The notes: a model not told the origin generated them from the sequence alone. A stretch of 64,000 bases of DNA from Candidatus Latescibacterota bacterium (GCA_965207885.1 OZ242311.1:2240001-2304000); one strand, 5' to 3'; counted from the first letter of the stretch, positions 28,370-39,417 are shown. Made by a program: numbers and translations.

Positions 28370-29365
28370 ATGGGCAGACCTTATGGCCTGTTGCGGGCAG
28401 GGTTTCCATTTTACAAGACTCTGGGTATGAGGCGGCTGACGAATTTTCCGATTGATATTGCCCTGGGCGAGGAAGGCTGTCTCTACATATTGTGTCGGAA
28501 TAGAGATGCATCGACGATTAGAAAATACCATATTGATGACAAAGATCTGGGTACCGTTGGCCGTGGGCTTACGTGGGCGGTTGCAATTATTGCCGATAGC
28601 GAGGAGAATCTCTATGTCTCCGACGAGGCCAAGCATTGTATTTTGTCCTTTGACAAAGATGGCAAAGAGTTGGAGAAATGGGGTGAGTACGGCGACGGAG
28701 ATGGACAACTGAACGGTCCGGCGGGTATCGCCTTCGATGCAGAAGAGAATATCTATGTTGCTGACAGCCTGAACCACAGAGTCCAGAAGTTTACCAAAGA
28801 TGGTGAATTTATCTCAAAATGGGGCGGGTTTGGCGATGGGGAGGGCGAGTTTAACATGCCCTGGGGACTTACAGTGGATGAACTGGGCGATGTTTATGCC
28901 GCAGATTGGCGAAATGACAGAATTCAGAAGTTCACTGCTGACGGAGAGTTTATCTTCGCGTTTGGGAAGTCGGGTGACGGAAATGGGGAGCTAAATAGGC
29001 CGACCGGTGTGGCCGTAGATGAGCATGGCGATATTTATGTTTCGGACTCGGGAAATGATCGGGTACAATTGTTCAATTCCGAGTCGAGGTACGTGCAAAA
29101 ATTCCTGGGGGATGCAACCCTGTCAACGGTCGCAATTGAATATATGATGACAAATGCCGGTCCAAATCGCCTGAGGGATATGGCAGACCTCGAGCCGCAA
29201 AAGTACTTTCGACGTCCGGGAGGGGTAGCTGTCAATGGAGATGGACTGATGTTTGTAGCGGACAATGGATCCTATCGGGTGCAGGTCTATCAGAAGCAGG
29301 CCGTCCCGCTTACAGAAGAGCAATTTTCCGAGCCGAGACGGTCGCCTACGCTTCACCAGGAATAG
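28370..29365 (+). CDS. NHL-repeat beta-propeller protein
   Basis: Repeated GDGQLNGPAGIAFD / YVADSLNHRVQKF units; GGGAGGT SD. Confidence 0.93.
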   Translation: MGRPYGLLRAGFPFYKTLGMRRLTNFPIDIALGEEGCLYILCRNRDASTIRKYHIDDKDLGTVGRGLTWAVAIIADSEENLYVSDEAKHCILSFDKDGKELEKWGEYGDGDGQLNGPAGIAFDAEENIYVADSLNHRVQKFTKDGEFISKWGGFGDGEGEFNMPWGLTVDELGDVYAADWRNDRIQKFTADGEFIFAFGKSGDGNGELNRPTGVAVDEHGDIYVSDSGNDRVQLFNSESRYVQKFLGDATLSTVAIEYMMTNAGPNRLRDMADLEPQKYFRRPGGVAVNGDGLMFVADNGSYRVQVYQKQAVPLTEEQFSEPRRSPTLHQE

Positions 29366-29386
29366 GCTGAACGCGTCGAATACGGA

Positions 29387-29416
29387 GGCCCTCAGTTTTC
29401 GCTGAGGGCCATTTTT
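29387..29416 (+). terminator. Rho-independent terminator
   Basis: GGCCCTCAG-N6-CTGAGGGCC-ATTTTT. Confidence 0.8.
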
Positions 29417-29434
29417 CATGACTTCTTACCCTGT

Positions 29435-31411
29435 GTGCAAACAATGAGCAATCCTTTACAAGCACACCATTTGTCGGCGAGAGAGCGAGAGTCGTCGGTG
29501 CGCCCGGGCGCTATTATCCTGGGGGTAGTGCTCACATTTTGCATCAACGGCTTCGACCCTGTCTCCCGTTACTTGATCCACTCTTCCTCATTCACACACA
29601 GCCAAATGCCCTTTGCCTTGCTGGTAGGGCTTCTGCTTCTGGGCTATCTCTACAATCCCCTCGTTCGAAGGCGGTTTCCCCGCTTCGCTTTGACGCGGCG
29701 GGATATGGCTGCCGTGCTCGCCATTGGATTTCTCGGCACAACAGTACCCACTCTGGCCCAGAGATTTGTAGCCGTTATTTCGGCTCCGGATTACTACGCT
29801 TCTCCAGAAAATGAATGGCCTACCTACACACTGCCCAACCTGCAGCGCTGGTTGTTCCCCAGCAATGCCGGAGATGGCGTTGGGATGTTCTATCGCGGGC
29901 TGGTTCCCGGTACGCCTTTGCCCTGGGAGATATGGGTTGGTCCGCTCTTCTGGTGGTTCAGTCTGCTCATCGCGATCATGCTGGCCTGTTTTTGTCTCTC
30001 AGTCATTTTGCGAAAACAGTGGTCGGAAAGCGAGCGTTTGGCATTTCCCTTTGTCGAGCTTTCACTGATGCTGGTAGAGAATCCCGGTCCCAGACGAAAT
30101 CTGCCCCAATTTTTTGGCCTGCCCCTTTTCTGGATCGGGTTTGCAATTCCGGCAATCATGCTTTTTTGGAATACAGCAGGCCACTTCTTTCCAGGCCTTC
30201 CCACATTCGCATTTCTCAATATTAGAACACTGCTCCCCATCGGACGTGGATTTATGCCTTTCTTTCTCCAGTTCGATTTCTACGTCATTTGTTTCGCCTA
30301 TTTCACTACCCTGGAAATTCTCCTGTCGATGTGGTTTTTCCACATTTTGGGCATGTTGCAGGCAGGCATTTCCAACCGTATCGGGTTTGGTCCAAGAGGC
30401 TATGGTTCGGGGGTGATCTCTCAGAACAATTACGGCCTGATGGTTTTTGTACTGTGGAGCCTCTGGATCGCACGCGGGCACATCCGCAATGTCTGGCGCA
30501 AAGCAATTGGAAAAGACCCCGAGGTAGATGATTCGACCGAATTGCTCTCCTATCGCACAGCAACCTTCGGTTTCATCCTTGCCAGCCTTTTCATTTTTTT
30601 TTGGCTCTGCAAAACCCAGATGAATCCGGGGGTGGCCGCGGCATTTATGTTTTTTTCTTTGATTCTCTATTTGGGGATGGCCAAGATCGTGGCGCTCAGC
30701 GGGTTGGTGTCTTTACGGGGGTCAGGACCTACCGGACCCGTCAAAGGATTGATCGGTATCTGGAATATGGATGATACGACGATTGCGGCTCTGAACCAGA
30801 TGGGTACGCTTTACGGCAACGCAAAGGGATTTGCCATGCCAGGTGCGGCCAATGCCGCCAGATCAGGCGACCACACCGATCCTCAAAGGCGCCGACTGGG
30901 TGGCGCAATTCTCATTGGCGGAATCCTCTCAATCCTCGCCTTTGTGATCACCACCCTTATTCTGGGTTATTACGGGCAGGGAGCTGAGAATTTTGGAGAC
31001 TACAGTTATACGCGAGGCAACCGGGCCTTTTTCAATTATACTGTTTCGGATATCAAAGGGCGTCCAGATGCAGAACGACAATGGTGGGACCTGGGCTTCG
31101 GAACCTTTGGAGCGGCGATGACCCTGCTGTTGATTTTTCTGAACCAGCGGTTTCCCTGGTGGCCTCTGCACCCGGTGGGATTTACAGTTTCCCTCCAGTA
31201 TCCCACCCGCGCGTCCTTTTTTTCGGTATTTATCGCCTGGCTGATGAAAATAATTGTGCTCAAAGTCGGCGGTATTGAGCTTTTTAACCGCTCTCGTGTT
31301 TTTATTTTTGGCGTCCTCATGGGCTATACGCTGGGTGTTCTGGTTTCTTTTGTTCTGGATATTTTCTTTTTTATGGGCCAGGGCCACCGCATGCATACAC
31401 CACCGCTGTAA
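29435..31411 (+). CDS. Polytopic membrane protein (DUF6785/DUF6784-type putative peptide transporter)
   Basis: Many TM segments; LRKQWSESERLAFP and FPWWPLHPVG motifs. Confidence 0.78.
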   Translation: MQTMSNPLQAHHLSARERESSVRPGAIILGVVLTFCINGFDPVSRYLIHSSSFTHSQMPFALLVGLLLLGYLYNPLVRRRFPRFALTRRDMAAVLAIGFLGTTVPTLAQRFVAVISAPDYYASPENEWPTYTLPNLQRWLFPSNAGDGVGMFYRGLVPGTPLPWEIWVGPLFWWFSLLIAIMLACFCLSVILRKQWSESERLAFPFVELSLMLVENPGPRRNLPQFFGLPLFWIGFAIPAIMLFWNTAGHFFPGLPTFAFLNIRTLLPIGRGFMPFFLQFDFYVICFAYFTTLEILLSMWFFHILGMLQAGISNRIGFGPRGYGSGVISQNNYGLMVFVLWSLWIARGHIRNVWRKAIGKDPEVDDSTELLSYRTATFGFILASLFIFFWLCKTQMNPGVAAAFMFFSLILYLGMAKIVALSGLVSLRGSGPTGPVKGLIGIWNMDDTTIAALNQMGTLYGNAKGFAMPGAANAARSGDHTDPQRRRLGGAILIGGILSILAFVITTLILGYYGQGAENFGDYSYTRGNRAFFNYTVSDIKGRPDAERQWWDLGFGTFGAAMTLLLIFLNQRFPWWPLHPVGFTVSLQYPTRASFFSVFIAWLMKIIVLKVGGIELFNRSRVFIFGVLMGYTLGVLVSFVLDIFFFMGQGHRMHTPPL

Positions 31412-31419
31412 TAACAAGC

Positions 31420-32178
31420 CTATGTCGATCTTTGATCCAGTTTGACGCGATCGTACGAATCGGGGTCATTTCGGACAATATCGAGCAACTGATCAACATA
31501 CGCGCGAATTTGGAACAGGCGACACGAGGCGTCCCCAATCTTACCGGTCTCTAAAATGCCCGAACGATCCCAGACTTCACCGAGTCGGATCCGATCGAGC
31601 CAGATGAATTCGGCATCGGGGTTCTCTTTCAGGCGATCATTCCAGAACATCACTTCTACGACGTGGATATACGTGGATGAGTGGTAGTCAACGCCGAGCA
31701 TCAGGATTTTGCCGTTCTGTTCGTAGGCTCGGATCATGGGGGAATTTGTACCATACGTTTTGCCCCAGGGCGGACGGTCCCAGGGAGATGCCAGGCCTTC
31801 CCCTGATAGATGATCTGCAATGAAATTTTTAGCGCCTTGTCCGCGTGCTGCCACGGAGTGGGAGTAGTGGTCGGATCTGTGTGTCCCTGGCATCAATCTG
31901 AAATACTCGGTCAACCAGCCGACTGAAGAATCTGTTTTTTCAACGTCCCAGGACCCCGCTCGTTGCTCTCGATCGCCGGTCAGATTGAACGATGGCATCA
32001 GGAGTAAGCCATCGTCACCCAGTGCGCTCTCAAGCGCGGCAATCACTGTTCCCGCACCACCCTGGACCATACCCAGGCTCTTGAATGAGGAATGGATGAA
32101 GAGTGTATCGCCGATTTCGACACCAAGGGTTTTTAGATTGTCACAAAGCTGCGCTGCGGTGTATCCAAAACCGGACAT
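31420..32178 (-). CDS. AAC(3) family N-acetyltransferase
   Basis: IHSSFKSLG, LLMPSF, RSDHYSHS and STYIHVVE motifs. Confidence 0.85.
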   Translation of the reverse strand: MSGFGYTAAQLCDNLKTLGVEIGDTLFIHSSFKSLGMVQGGAGTVIAALESALGDDGLLLMPSFNLTGDREQRAGSWDVEKTDSSVGWLTEYFRLMPGTHRSDHYSHSVAARGQGAKNFIADHLSGEGLASPWDRPPWGKTYGTNSPMIRAYEQNGKILMLGVDYHSSTYIHVVEVMFWNDRLKENPDAEFIWLDRIRLGEVWDRSGILETGKIGDASCRLFQIRAYVDQLLDIVRNDPDSYDRVKLDQRST

Positions 32179-32195
32179 GTTATTGGTCTTTCTAT

Positions 32196-32240
32196 AAAAA
32201 AAGCGGAGAAATCCAGTAGATTTCTCCGCTCTCTTTTTTT
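32196..32240 (-). terminator. Bidirectional-type terminator ending the act-cta operon
   Basis: 12-bp stem AGCGGAGAAATC / GATTTCTCCGCT flanked by A and T runs. Confidence 0.85.
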
Positions 32241-32250
32241 GTTCATCTTG

Positions 32251-32568
32251 TTACTGCAAATAGTGGCTTGCTGGCATGCCCAACCAACCGCGACTGACGT
32301 AATCTGCCATTGCAAAGGCAAATAGGATCAGCAAAAACAAAATACCTGCACCCGCGAGCAACCAGGTCAGTCGGCTGGCGTATTTGACGTGCATAAAAAA
32401 CAGAATCACAATCGTGGCTTTTGTGCAGGCGATACCCAGTGCTACCACGTCATTAAACATGCCCAATTCTTGATAAGCCACCCAAACGGTTAGCGCGGTT
32501 AAAAACATCAAGGAGGCAAATACCGCCAGATAAATGCGTACAGTCGGGCCGTGGTGATCATCAGCCAT
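32251..32568 (-). CDS. ctaF: Cytochrome c oxidase subunit IV
   Basis: IACTKATIVILFFMHVKY; start at 32568 overlaps the ctaE stop. Confidence 0.88.
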   Translation of the reverse strand: MADDHHGPTVRIYLAVFASLMFLTALTVWVAYQELGMFNDVVALGIACTKATIVILFFMHVKYASRLTWLLAGAGILFLLILFAFAMADYVSRGWLGMPASHYLQ

Positions 32569-33239
32569 CAGTGTCCTCCCTGTAAGCCGAGAAGATAGAG
32601 CAGTGGAAATAGGAAAATCCAGACAATATCGACAAAGTGCCAATACAGACCAAATATTTCAATAGGGGCGTTGTATTCGGCCGTGTACGTCCCCTGTGCG
32701 GTTTTAACAAATACCCAGATCAACAGGCCAATGCCAATAATCATATGCAGGGCATGCATTCCGGTCATTCCGAAATACAGCGAATAGAAGAGAGCCAGTT
32801 GGGGCGAGTTTTCACCGTGCGGATGCCATGCCAGACCGGGAACCAAACCGTACTCGATTTTTGCGGAGTATTCAAAATATTTGACCACCAAAAAGGTGAG
32901 CCCTAAGATTCCGGTTAGCGTCAGATAGACCAATATCCCTCTTTTATTGCCTTCGTGCGACTTGTGTACAGCCATCGCCATCGTCAGGCTGCTGACAATC
33001 AATACTATGGTATTAAATGCTCCCAGAGGAATATCCAGGTGACTACTACCTTCAAAAAATGCCTCGGGATAATAGGATCGGTAGATTAGATACGTCGCAA
33101 AGAAGCCTCCAAAAAACAAAATTTCTGTAATCAGGAAGCTCCACATGCCAATGACGGCGGATTCCTTCTGCTGCGGCATATCTTCGAACTGGTGGGCCAG
33201 TCCGTGCGGGTGATCGTGATGTAATGCGTGATCGGCCAT
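32568..33239 (-). CDS. ctaE: Cytochrome c oxidase subunit III
   Basis: FLITEILFF, TGMHALH and GLYWHFVDIVWIFLFPLLY motifs. Confidence 0.93.
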   Translation of the reverse strand: MADHALHHDHPHGLAHQFEDMPQQKESAVIGMWSFLITEILFFGGFFATYLIYRSYYPEAFFEGSSHLDIPLGAFNTIVLIVSSLTMAMAVHKSHEGNKRGILVYLTLTGILGLTFLVVKYFEYSAKIEYGLVPGLAWHPHGENSPQLALFYSLYFGMTGMHALHMIIGIGLLIWVFVKTAQGTYTAEYNAPIEIFGLYWHFVDIVWIFLFPLLYLLGLQGGH

Positions 33240-34870
33240 TAGTGCTCCTCAATCGGTCCGTACTCATAGGCTTCTTCTGTCACGACAGGCGTTTCTTCAA
33301 AATTAAATGTGGGCGGTGGGGAGGTCGTTTCCCACTCCAGTCCTTTGGCGCCCCAGGGGTTATCAGGTGCTTTTGGGCCCTTAAAGATCGACCAGGTCAA
33401 ATACGCGCCGGGAACGAGATACCCCAGAGCCAGAATTGACGCACCCATAGACGACGCGACATTCAAGACTTGAAATTCGTCGGGATAGACGTGATAACGC
33501 CTCGGCATGCCCATATACCCCAGAATGAACTGTGGGAAAAACGTCAGATTAAAACCGAGAAATACCAGCAGGGCCGAAACGCGTCCCCAAATATCGGGAA
33601 ACATTTTACCCGTAATTTTGGGCCACCAGAAGTGCATGCCCCCCAGATATCCCATCACCTGCCCGCCAACCATAATATAATGGAAGTGCGCCACTACAAA
33701 ATACGTGTCGTGCAGGTGAATGTCCAGGCCCATACTCGACAAAAACAGTCCGGTCAAACCACCGACTAAAAACAAACCGAGATACCCATACACGTAAAAC
33801 ATTGAGGTATCATATATAATTGACCCCTTGTATAAGGTCGCTGTCCAGTTGAATGTTTTGATCGCAGAGGGCACGGCCACCAGAAATGTGATAATGGAGA
33901 ATACCATGCCGGCATAAGTCGATTGGCTGCTCACAAACATGTGGTGGCCCCATACCAGGAATCCCAAAATTGCAATGGCTACACTTGAGAACGCGACAAA
34001 TTCATATCCAAAGACGCGCTTGCGCGCAACAGCGGCTACCATTTCGCTCATCACGCCCATTGAAGGCAAGATCATGATATAAACGGCTGGATGCGAATAG
34101 AACCAGAACAAATGCTGGAACAAAACGGGATCACCACCGAGATTCGGATCGAAAAACCCGAACCCAAATCCGCGCTCGAGCATTAGCAACACCAGCGTAA
34201 TTGCGATAACGGGTGTGCCCAATAGCATAATCAAGCTGGTGGCATAATGCGACCAGACAAATAGCGGCAGGCGGAACCAGGTCATCCCCGGCGCGCGCAT
34301 GGTGTGGATTGTCACCACAAAGTTGAGGCCCGTCAGAATGGACGAGAAACCCGCCATAAAAGCGGCCATAGCGGCCAGAATCACATTTGAGTTTGAATAG
34401 GTGCTACTATACGGCGTATAAAAAGTCCAACCTGTATCAACTCCGCCACCGACCACGGCAATTGTTCCCAAAATACCTGCGACTACATAAACATACCAGC
34501 TCAAAAGATTGACGCGTGGAAAAGCCAGATCTTTTGCGCCAACCATTATGGGGACTAAAAAGTTGCCGATGGTTGCGGGGATAGATGGCACCAAAAAGAA
34601 AAAGACCATGATGATGCCGTGCATTGAGAAAACTTTGTTATAAGTGTCCGAAGACATCAAATCGCCTTCGGGCGTCATCAGTTCAAAGCGAACCAGACTG
34701 GCAAATAACCCACCCAGAGCAAAAAAGATGGAAATTGAAATAATGTATAAAACGGCAATGCGCTTGTGGTCTCTGGTCAACAACCAGGACTTCAAGCCAT
34801 AACCGTTATTCAGATAATTGACGCTCGGCGCATCTTCAGACGCTTGAACGTCTTGCTCGGTGATTGCCAT
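33239..34870 (-). CDS. ctaD: Cytochrome c oxidase subunit I, A2 type
   Basis: DHKRI, YSHPAVY (A2 signature), WGHHMF, HFHY and GMPRRY motifs. Confidence 0.97.
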   Translation of the reverse strand: MAITEQDVQASEDAPSVNYLNNGYGLKSWLLTRDHKRIAVLYIISISIFFALGGLFASLVRFELMTPEGDLMSSDTYNKVFSMHGIIMVFFFLVPSIPATIGNFLVPIMVGAKDLAFPRVNLLSWYVYVVAGILGTIAVVGGGVDTGWTFYTPYSSTYSNSNVILAAMAAFMAGFSSILTGLNFVVTIHTMRAPGMTWFRLPLFVWSHYATSLIMLLGTPVIAITLVLLMLERGFGFGFFDPNLGGDPVLFQHLFWFYSHPAVYIMILPSMGVMSEMVAAVARKRVFGYEFVAFSSVAIAILGFLVWGHHMFVSSQSTYAGMVFSIITFLVAVPSAIKTFNWTATLYKGSIIYDTSMFYVYGYLGLFLVGGLTGLFLSSMGLDIHLHDTYFVVAHFHYIMVGGQVMGYLGGMHFWWPKITGKMFPDIWGRVSALLVFLGFNLTFFPQFILGYMGMPRRYHVYPDEFQVLNVASSMGASILALGYLVPGAYLTWSIFKGPKAPDNPWGAKGLEWETTSPPPTFNFEETPVVTEEAYEYGPIEEH

Positions 34871-34876
34871 AGCGCA

Positions 34877-35827
34877 TCACTCCATACTCGTGAGTTCGGG
34901 GGCTTTCAGCGATTTGATATAGGCGATTATTTGAATGATCCCTTCTTCGCTGATCTGACCTTTGAAAGTTGGCATAATGGGTTTGTATCCGGCCATGATC
35001 TTGGCGGAAGGGTTCAGAATTGATTCTCTAATATAGGCTTCGTCAACCAATGCAGTACCGCCGCCTTCCAGAGCCACTGTTTTGCCAAAAAGACCCGCCA
35101 GAGATGGTCCGCGTCCCGTCCCATCCATCTTGTGACAGGTATGACAGGCGTATTGTTCAAATAATCTTTCTCCGGCTACTTCCATTGGCTCATTCGCAGT
35201 TCCGCCAGTCAACCAGGCTTCGTAATCTTGAGGTTCCAGGACGTGTACTGTGCCAATCATACGCGAGTGCTCGGTGCCGCAAAATTCGGCGCAAAACAGA
35301 TGATACGAACCGACCTGCGTCGGTTTAAACCACAAATTGGTATATCGCCCGGGCACCACATCCTTTTTGACGCGAAAGGCGGGGATATAAAAACTGTGCA
35401 ACACATCTTCCGCTGTCATGGTCAGGCGTACCGATTCACCCAGAGGCACGTGTAATTCGTTAATCTCCTTTTTGCCTTCTGGATGTTGCAATTTCCACAT
35501 CCACTGTTTGCCCACCACATATATTTCCATGGCGTTTGGCGGGGGTGTAATTAGATGGAAATACAATACGGTTGCCCACACAAATACACCCAGTGCGAGC
35601 ACAGCCGGAATGGCAGTCCAAAATATCTCGAGACCGAGATGCCCCGCAATTTGTCGCGGCACTTCGTCGTCCGATTTGCGCTGATATTTAATCGCAAAGA
35701 TAACCACCAAAATAACAACTATGAGCGCGAAAAACACGCACAGTGCCAAGATGCCAAAATAAAGCGCGTCAACGTGAAAGGCAAAACTCGAAGCTTGATC
35801 TGGAAAAAGAGGAAAATCAGTCTGCAT
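34877..35827 (-). CDS. ctaC: Cytochrome c oxidase subunit II with a fused cytochrome c (caa3)
   Basis: CuA motifs DVLHSF and CAEFCGTEHSRM; C-terminal CHTCH. Confidence 0.95.
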   Translation of the reverse strand: MQTDFPLFPDQASSFAFHVDALYFGILALCVFFALIVVILVVIFAIKYQRKSDDEVPRQIAGHLGLEIFWTAIPAVLALGVFVWATVLYFHLITPPPNAMEIYVVGKQWMWKLQHPEGKKEINELHVPLGESVRLTMTAEDVLHSFYIPAFRVKKDVVPGRYTNLWFKPTQVGSYHLFCAEFCGTEHSRMIGTVHVLEPQDYEAWLTGGTANEPMEVAGERLFEQYACHTCHKMDGTGRGPSLAGLFGKTVALEGGGTALVDEAYIRESILNPSAKIMAGYKPIMPTFKGQISEEGIIQIIAYIKSLKAPELTSME

Positions 35828-35875
35828 GTGCCAACTCAGAAGTTAGAGGTCCAATGGACTTTTCTTGTTGAGGTG

Positions 35876-36679
35876 TTAATTCGCCTGTAATGGCGACCGC
35901 TCTCGGCGCACCATAAGAAAAATAAATGTTAAGATACAAATTACAGTAATCACGCCAGCAATGCGAACCAACCGATAAATTGCCAGCGTATATTTGCCAG
36001 TCAATGGATTGTACTGAAAACAATATAGCAAAATCGCATCAATCGGAGAACTGATCTGATCTTGTGCGGCTTCTAAAAGCCCCAGTTGCAAATCCCGCGG
36101 CGCAAATTCGACCCCAAACAGATACCGGGCGATCTTACCTTTGGGTGTCAAGATTGCAATCCCACTGGCGTGAACGTATTCATCTGTTTCGGGATCGTAT
36201 ATATAGCGATATCCAATGGCCCTGGTCAATGCGTCTATTGATGCCGGGTGTCCAGTGAGAAAATGCCATCCATTTTCTCCACCTTCTCGACCGTATCCAT
36301 CGACGTAATTCACCTTTTTTGCCGCTGCCAATTCTGGATATTCGTCGGGATCAATGCTAAATGTCACCACCATAAAATCTCGTCCGGCATTGAGCGATAC
36401 GGGACGCAATCCCGACAACAAGCCATTCAAAATCTGCGTACACAACATGGGGCATTCATAATATGCGGGCACTAAAATAACAGGATGCTCATCAAAATAC
36501 CGCGCCAGCATAATATCTGTGCCCGATTCATCGCGGAACTTCAAATTTACTGGCACAGATGCGCCCAATTTCTGGTCAATCCCAACGGAATCCAGCACTG
36601 TGGGATTCGGCGTGAAGTCTTGTGCCCACGCGATCCTGGTGAAGCACATCAGCGTGATACAAGCGAATAAGACGCGCAT
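35876..36679 (-). CDS. SCO family copper chaperone
   Basis: CPMLC motif and a conserved His (YVHAS). Confidence 0.9.
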   Translation of the reverse strand: MRVLFACITLMCFTRIAWAQDFTPNPTVLDSVGIDQKLGASVPVNLKFRDESGTDIMLARYFDEHPVILVPAYYECPMLCTQILNGLLSGLRPVSLNAGRDFMVVTFSIDPDEYPELAAAKKVNYVDGYGREGGENGWHFLTGHPASIDALTRAIGYRYIYDPETDEYVHASGIAILTPKGKIARYLFGVEFAPRDLQLGLLEAAQDQISSPIDAILLYCFQYNPLTGKYTLAIYRLVRIAGVITVICILTFIFLMVRRERSPLQAN

Positions 36680-36682
36680 GTT

Positions 36683-37060
36683 TTACTCTCGCACCGGGAA
36701 CCCGCGTTCGAGAACCAGGTCTATTGCCCGCTCAATTGGAAGATGCACAACCCCGGCATCCCTATCTATCCAACCGTATTCGGTAAGCGTGCGATTGGTT
36801 TCGGCACGCACTTGTGTCAGTTCAGCAGAAGGTACAGTCTGGATCAGCGGTCCCTGATAAGGCTTTTGATGAGCAGCCATGGGCGGCGGATCATCTGTCA
36901 TATAAATCACGGCTTGTTCCAGACCGAGAAACATGGCCCACATAGCGATAAAAGACAGAATGGCTACGGCTATGATTCCCGCAGTGGCAGCGAGAATTGG
37001 GCCAATTTTGAGATGATAGTCTTCGTAGCCCTTTTCGCGGGCATTGTGCTTTTCTGCCAT
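36683..37060 (-). CDS. ACIII-associated small membrane subunit (ActG-like)
   Basis: One TM segment; YGWIDRDAGVVHLPIERAI; sits between actF and sco. Confidence 0.7.
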   Translation of the reverse strand: MAEKHNAREKGYEDYHLKIGPILAATAGIIAVAILSFIAMWAMFLGLEQAVIYMTDDPPPMAAHQKPYQGPLIQTVPSAELTQVRAETNRTLTEYGWIDRDAGVVHLPIERAIDLVLERGFPVRE

Positions 37061-37061
37061 A

Positions 37062-38255
37062 TCAGTGACCTTCTCCGGCAAAGGTTTCTTCCATGCGCGG
37101 ATCGTGCAATGGGATCAGCGGCACACCTTTTAGCTGCATCGCAAAAAATCCCAACCACAAGCCGCCAATACTGACGAGGACCAGCATATCCAGCAGAAAA
37201 CCATACCACATACCGTCAGAACCACCGTGCCCAAAAGCCGGTGTAATAAAATAATAAAGATCGACATAGCGCATAATCAACATAAAAATTGCAATAACCG
37301 TCATCAGCGCGGCGCGGCGTTTGATCGCCCGCTGCAATAGCAAAAAGAATGGCACGAAAAAGTGAAAAACAATCAACGCAGTTCCCACATATTGCCAACC
37401 GCCATGTGATCGGCGGATGTACCAGGGGGCTTCTTCGGCCAGGTTGCCAGACCACGTAATCAAAAACTGGGAAAAACTCACATAAGCCCACAGACATGTA
37501 AATGCAAACATTAGGGTGCCCAGATCGCTCAAATACTTAAATGCATCAACTTCTCGATAGACCTCGACATCCTTTAATTTAATCACCCACAAGATGCACA
37601 GTGCCATGGCACCCAATGCGCCGCCCACCACAAAAATTAAGCCATAGATCGTCGAAAACCAGTGCGGTTCCAAAGACATGACCCAATCGGTTGCCGCAAA
37701 GGTAACGGTTAAGATAAACATGGGAATTCCGGGACCGCTCAGGTTAATCATCCGGCTTTTTAGGCCCGGTTCGCCGGTTTCATCTTGCTCGCGCGACCAT
37801 TTTGTCAGCAAAAACATCCAGAGCAACCACAGGGCAAAATAAACGACTGCGCGAATATAAAATCCGGTCTCATTCAAATACGGTTTCTTAAAGGTCAAAA
37901 TTGGATCTTTGGCTACAACATCTGTATGCGTCCATTCGTACAAATGATGCATACCCAGAACCACAATGGGAATAAACAGGACGGCCATGAGCCACAGTGT
38001 GCGCGCGCCCGATTCCAATAACCGCCGAATGACAAATCCCCACCGTCCGCTGACCAGATGGTGCAACATCAACAACCCCAGACAGCCCAGAGAAATGACC
38101 AACCAGTAGATATAGCCAACGAGATACGATTGGAAAAATTGCTGAGAATCAGCAAAGGCACCAATAAATAAAACCACTATACCGCAGGCACCTGTCAGAA
38201 GGCCTCGTTGCTGTACTTTATCTACAAATGGATGGTCAAAGGATTTAGTAGCCAT
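37062..38255 (-). CDS. actF: Alternative complex III subunit ActF
   Basis: Polytopic; DWVMSLEPHWFSTIYG and SFSQFLITWSGNL motifs. Confidence 0.9.
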   Translation of the reverse strand: MATKSFDHPFVDKVQQRGLLTGACGIVVLFIGAFADSQQFFQSYLVGYIYWLVISLGCLGLLMLHHLVSGRWGFVIRRLLESGARTLWLMAVLFIPIVVLGMHHLYEWTHTDVVAKDPILTFKKPYLNETGFYIRAVVYFALWLLWMFLLTKWSREQDETGEPGLKSRMINLSGPGIPMFILTVTFAATDWVMSLEPHWFSTIYGLIFVVGGALGAMALCILWVIKLKDVEVYREVDAFKYLSDLGTLMFAFTCLWAYVSFSQFLITWSGNLAEEAPWYIRRSHGGWQYVGTALIVFHFFVPFFLLLQRAIKRRAALMTVIAIFMLIMRYVDLYYFITPAFGHGGSDGMWYGFLLDMLVLVSIGGLWLGFFAMQLKGVPLIPLHDPRMEETFAGEGH

Positions 38256-38261
38256 AATATC

Positions 38262-38894
38262 CTACTCATTTTCAAGCCGCTGACGCACATCGGCAGGGAC
38301 ATCGTCCAGTGTGGCGTTTTGGCTCAGTTGCAACGCCTGAATATAGGCTATAATAGCCCATCGATCTCGCGGTTTGATACGCGATGCGTAGCTATACATT
38401 GCGCCAAAACCATTGGTCATGACATCAAAAAAGTAACCCGGTGTCTCATTTTGCAGCCGCTCAATATGGTATGATGGGGGTTGCTTCATGCCGCGGCGCA
38501 CCACCATCCCACGCCCATCACCTTCCTGTCCATGGCAGGGGGAGCAGTAGATATTGTAGCGTTCTCTGCCGCGGAGAATCACATCGCGCGTAATGGGAAA
38601 GGGAAAAGTTTCCGCTGGTTTACCATCTATCATCCCGGTATATAAATGCGCGTCTGTACGCAAATGCCCGCGTGCAACCGTGCCTTTTATCCAGGGCCGA
38701 GAGGACCTTTGATCCGCGAAAAAAGTATTTTTTTCCAGCGGTTCAAATCTCGACTGGTTGTACATTTCTTGCCGCAAACGCTCGATATCTGTCGTGCCTT
38801 CACACCCCATTGCCATAAAGAGTGCGAGCACCACAAGCCATCTCGCGGGATGGGCAATTTTTATCCCACTCGCTAATTTACGGTTCGACATCAT
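38262..38894 (-). CDS. actE: Alternative complex III monoheme cytochrome c lipoprotein ActE
   Basis: Lipobox-like MAMGC; CSPCHG heme motif. Confidence 0.9.
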   Translation of the reverse strand: MMSNRKLASGIKIAHPARWLVVLALFMAMGCEGTTDIERLRQEMYNQSRFEPLEKNTFFADQRSSRPWIKGTVARGHLRTDAHLYTGMIDGKPAETFPFPITRDVILRGRERYNIYCSPCHGQEGDGRGMVVRRGMKQPPSYHIERLQNETPGYFFDVMTNGFGAMYSYASRIKPRDRWAIIAYIQALQLSQNATLDDVPADVRQRLENE

Positions 38895-39417
38895 CTACCT
38901 TTTTTGCTTTCAGGCTTTCGAGAAATGTACGGGTTTCGGAAATATCAAATTTGGGATCTTCGGCTTCGATACACAAAAAGAAACCATCACCAGAGGCGCG
39001 TTCAAAATTGGGAACATTGAAAACCGGGTGATAGGGACGCGGCAAACCATTGAGGATGAGCATGCCAATCAATGCACCAAAAGCGGAAAATAGCACGCCG
39101 AGTTCAAATGTCACGGGAATAAAAGAGGGCCAGCTCAAAAGGGGCCGACCACCCACATTGAGCGGATAGTCGATTACAGATACCCAGTACTGAAGCCCAA
39201 AGCCTGAACAGGCACCGAGAATCGCACATATCAATACAATGATGGGCACGCGGTGCTTGTCATAACCCATTGATTCCGACAAATCGTGTATCGGCATTGG
39301 AGAATAAGCATCCATCTTGCGATACCCTTCTGCATATGAATCTTTCGCAGCTTTGAGCAATTCGTCGGGACCATCAAATTCGGCCAAAAGACCGTATAAA
39401 TTTTCAGCCATAATCAC
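38878..39417 (-). CDS. actD: Alternative complex III subunit ActD (DUF3341)
   Basis: DAYSPMPIH and DYPLNVGGRP..SWPSFIPVTFE motifs. Confidence 0.92.
   Translation of the reverse strand: MIMAENLYGLLAEFDGPDELLKAAKDSYAEGYRKMDAYSPMPIHDLSESMGYDKHRVPIIVLICAILGACSGFGLQYWVSVIDYPLNVGGRPLLSWPSFIPVTFELGVLFSAFGALIGMLILNGLPRPYHPVFNVPNFERASGDGFFLCIEAEDPKFDISETRTFLESLKAKKVDDVEP

Noticed and set aside
31420-32178. Aminoglycoside resistance gene
   Set aside because: AAC(3)-family homologues are widespread with other substrates; there is no mobile context and specificity cannot be read from the sequence.
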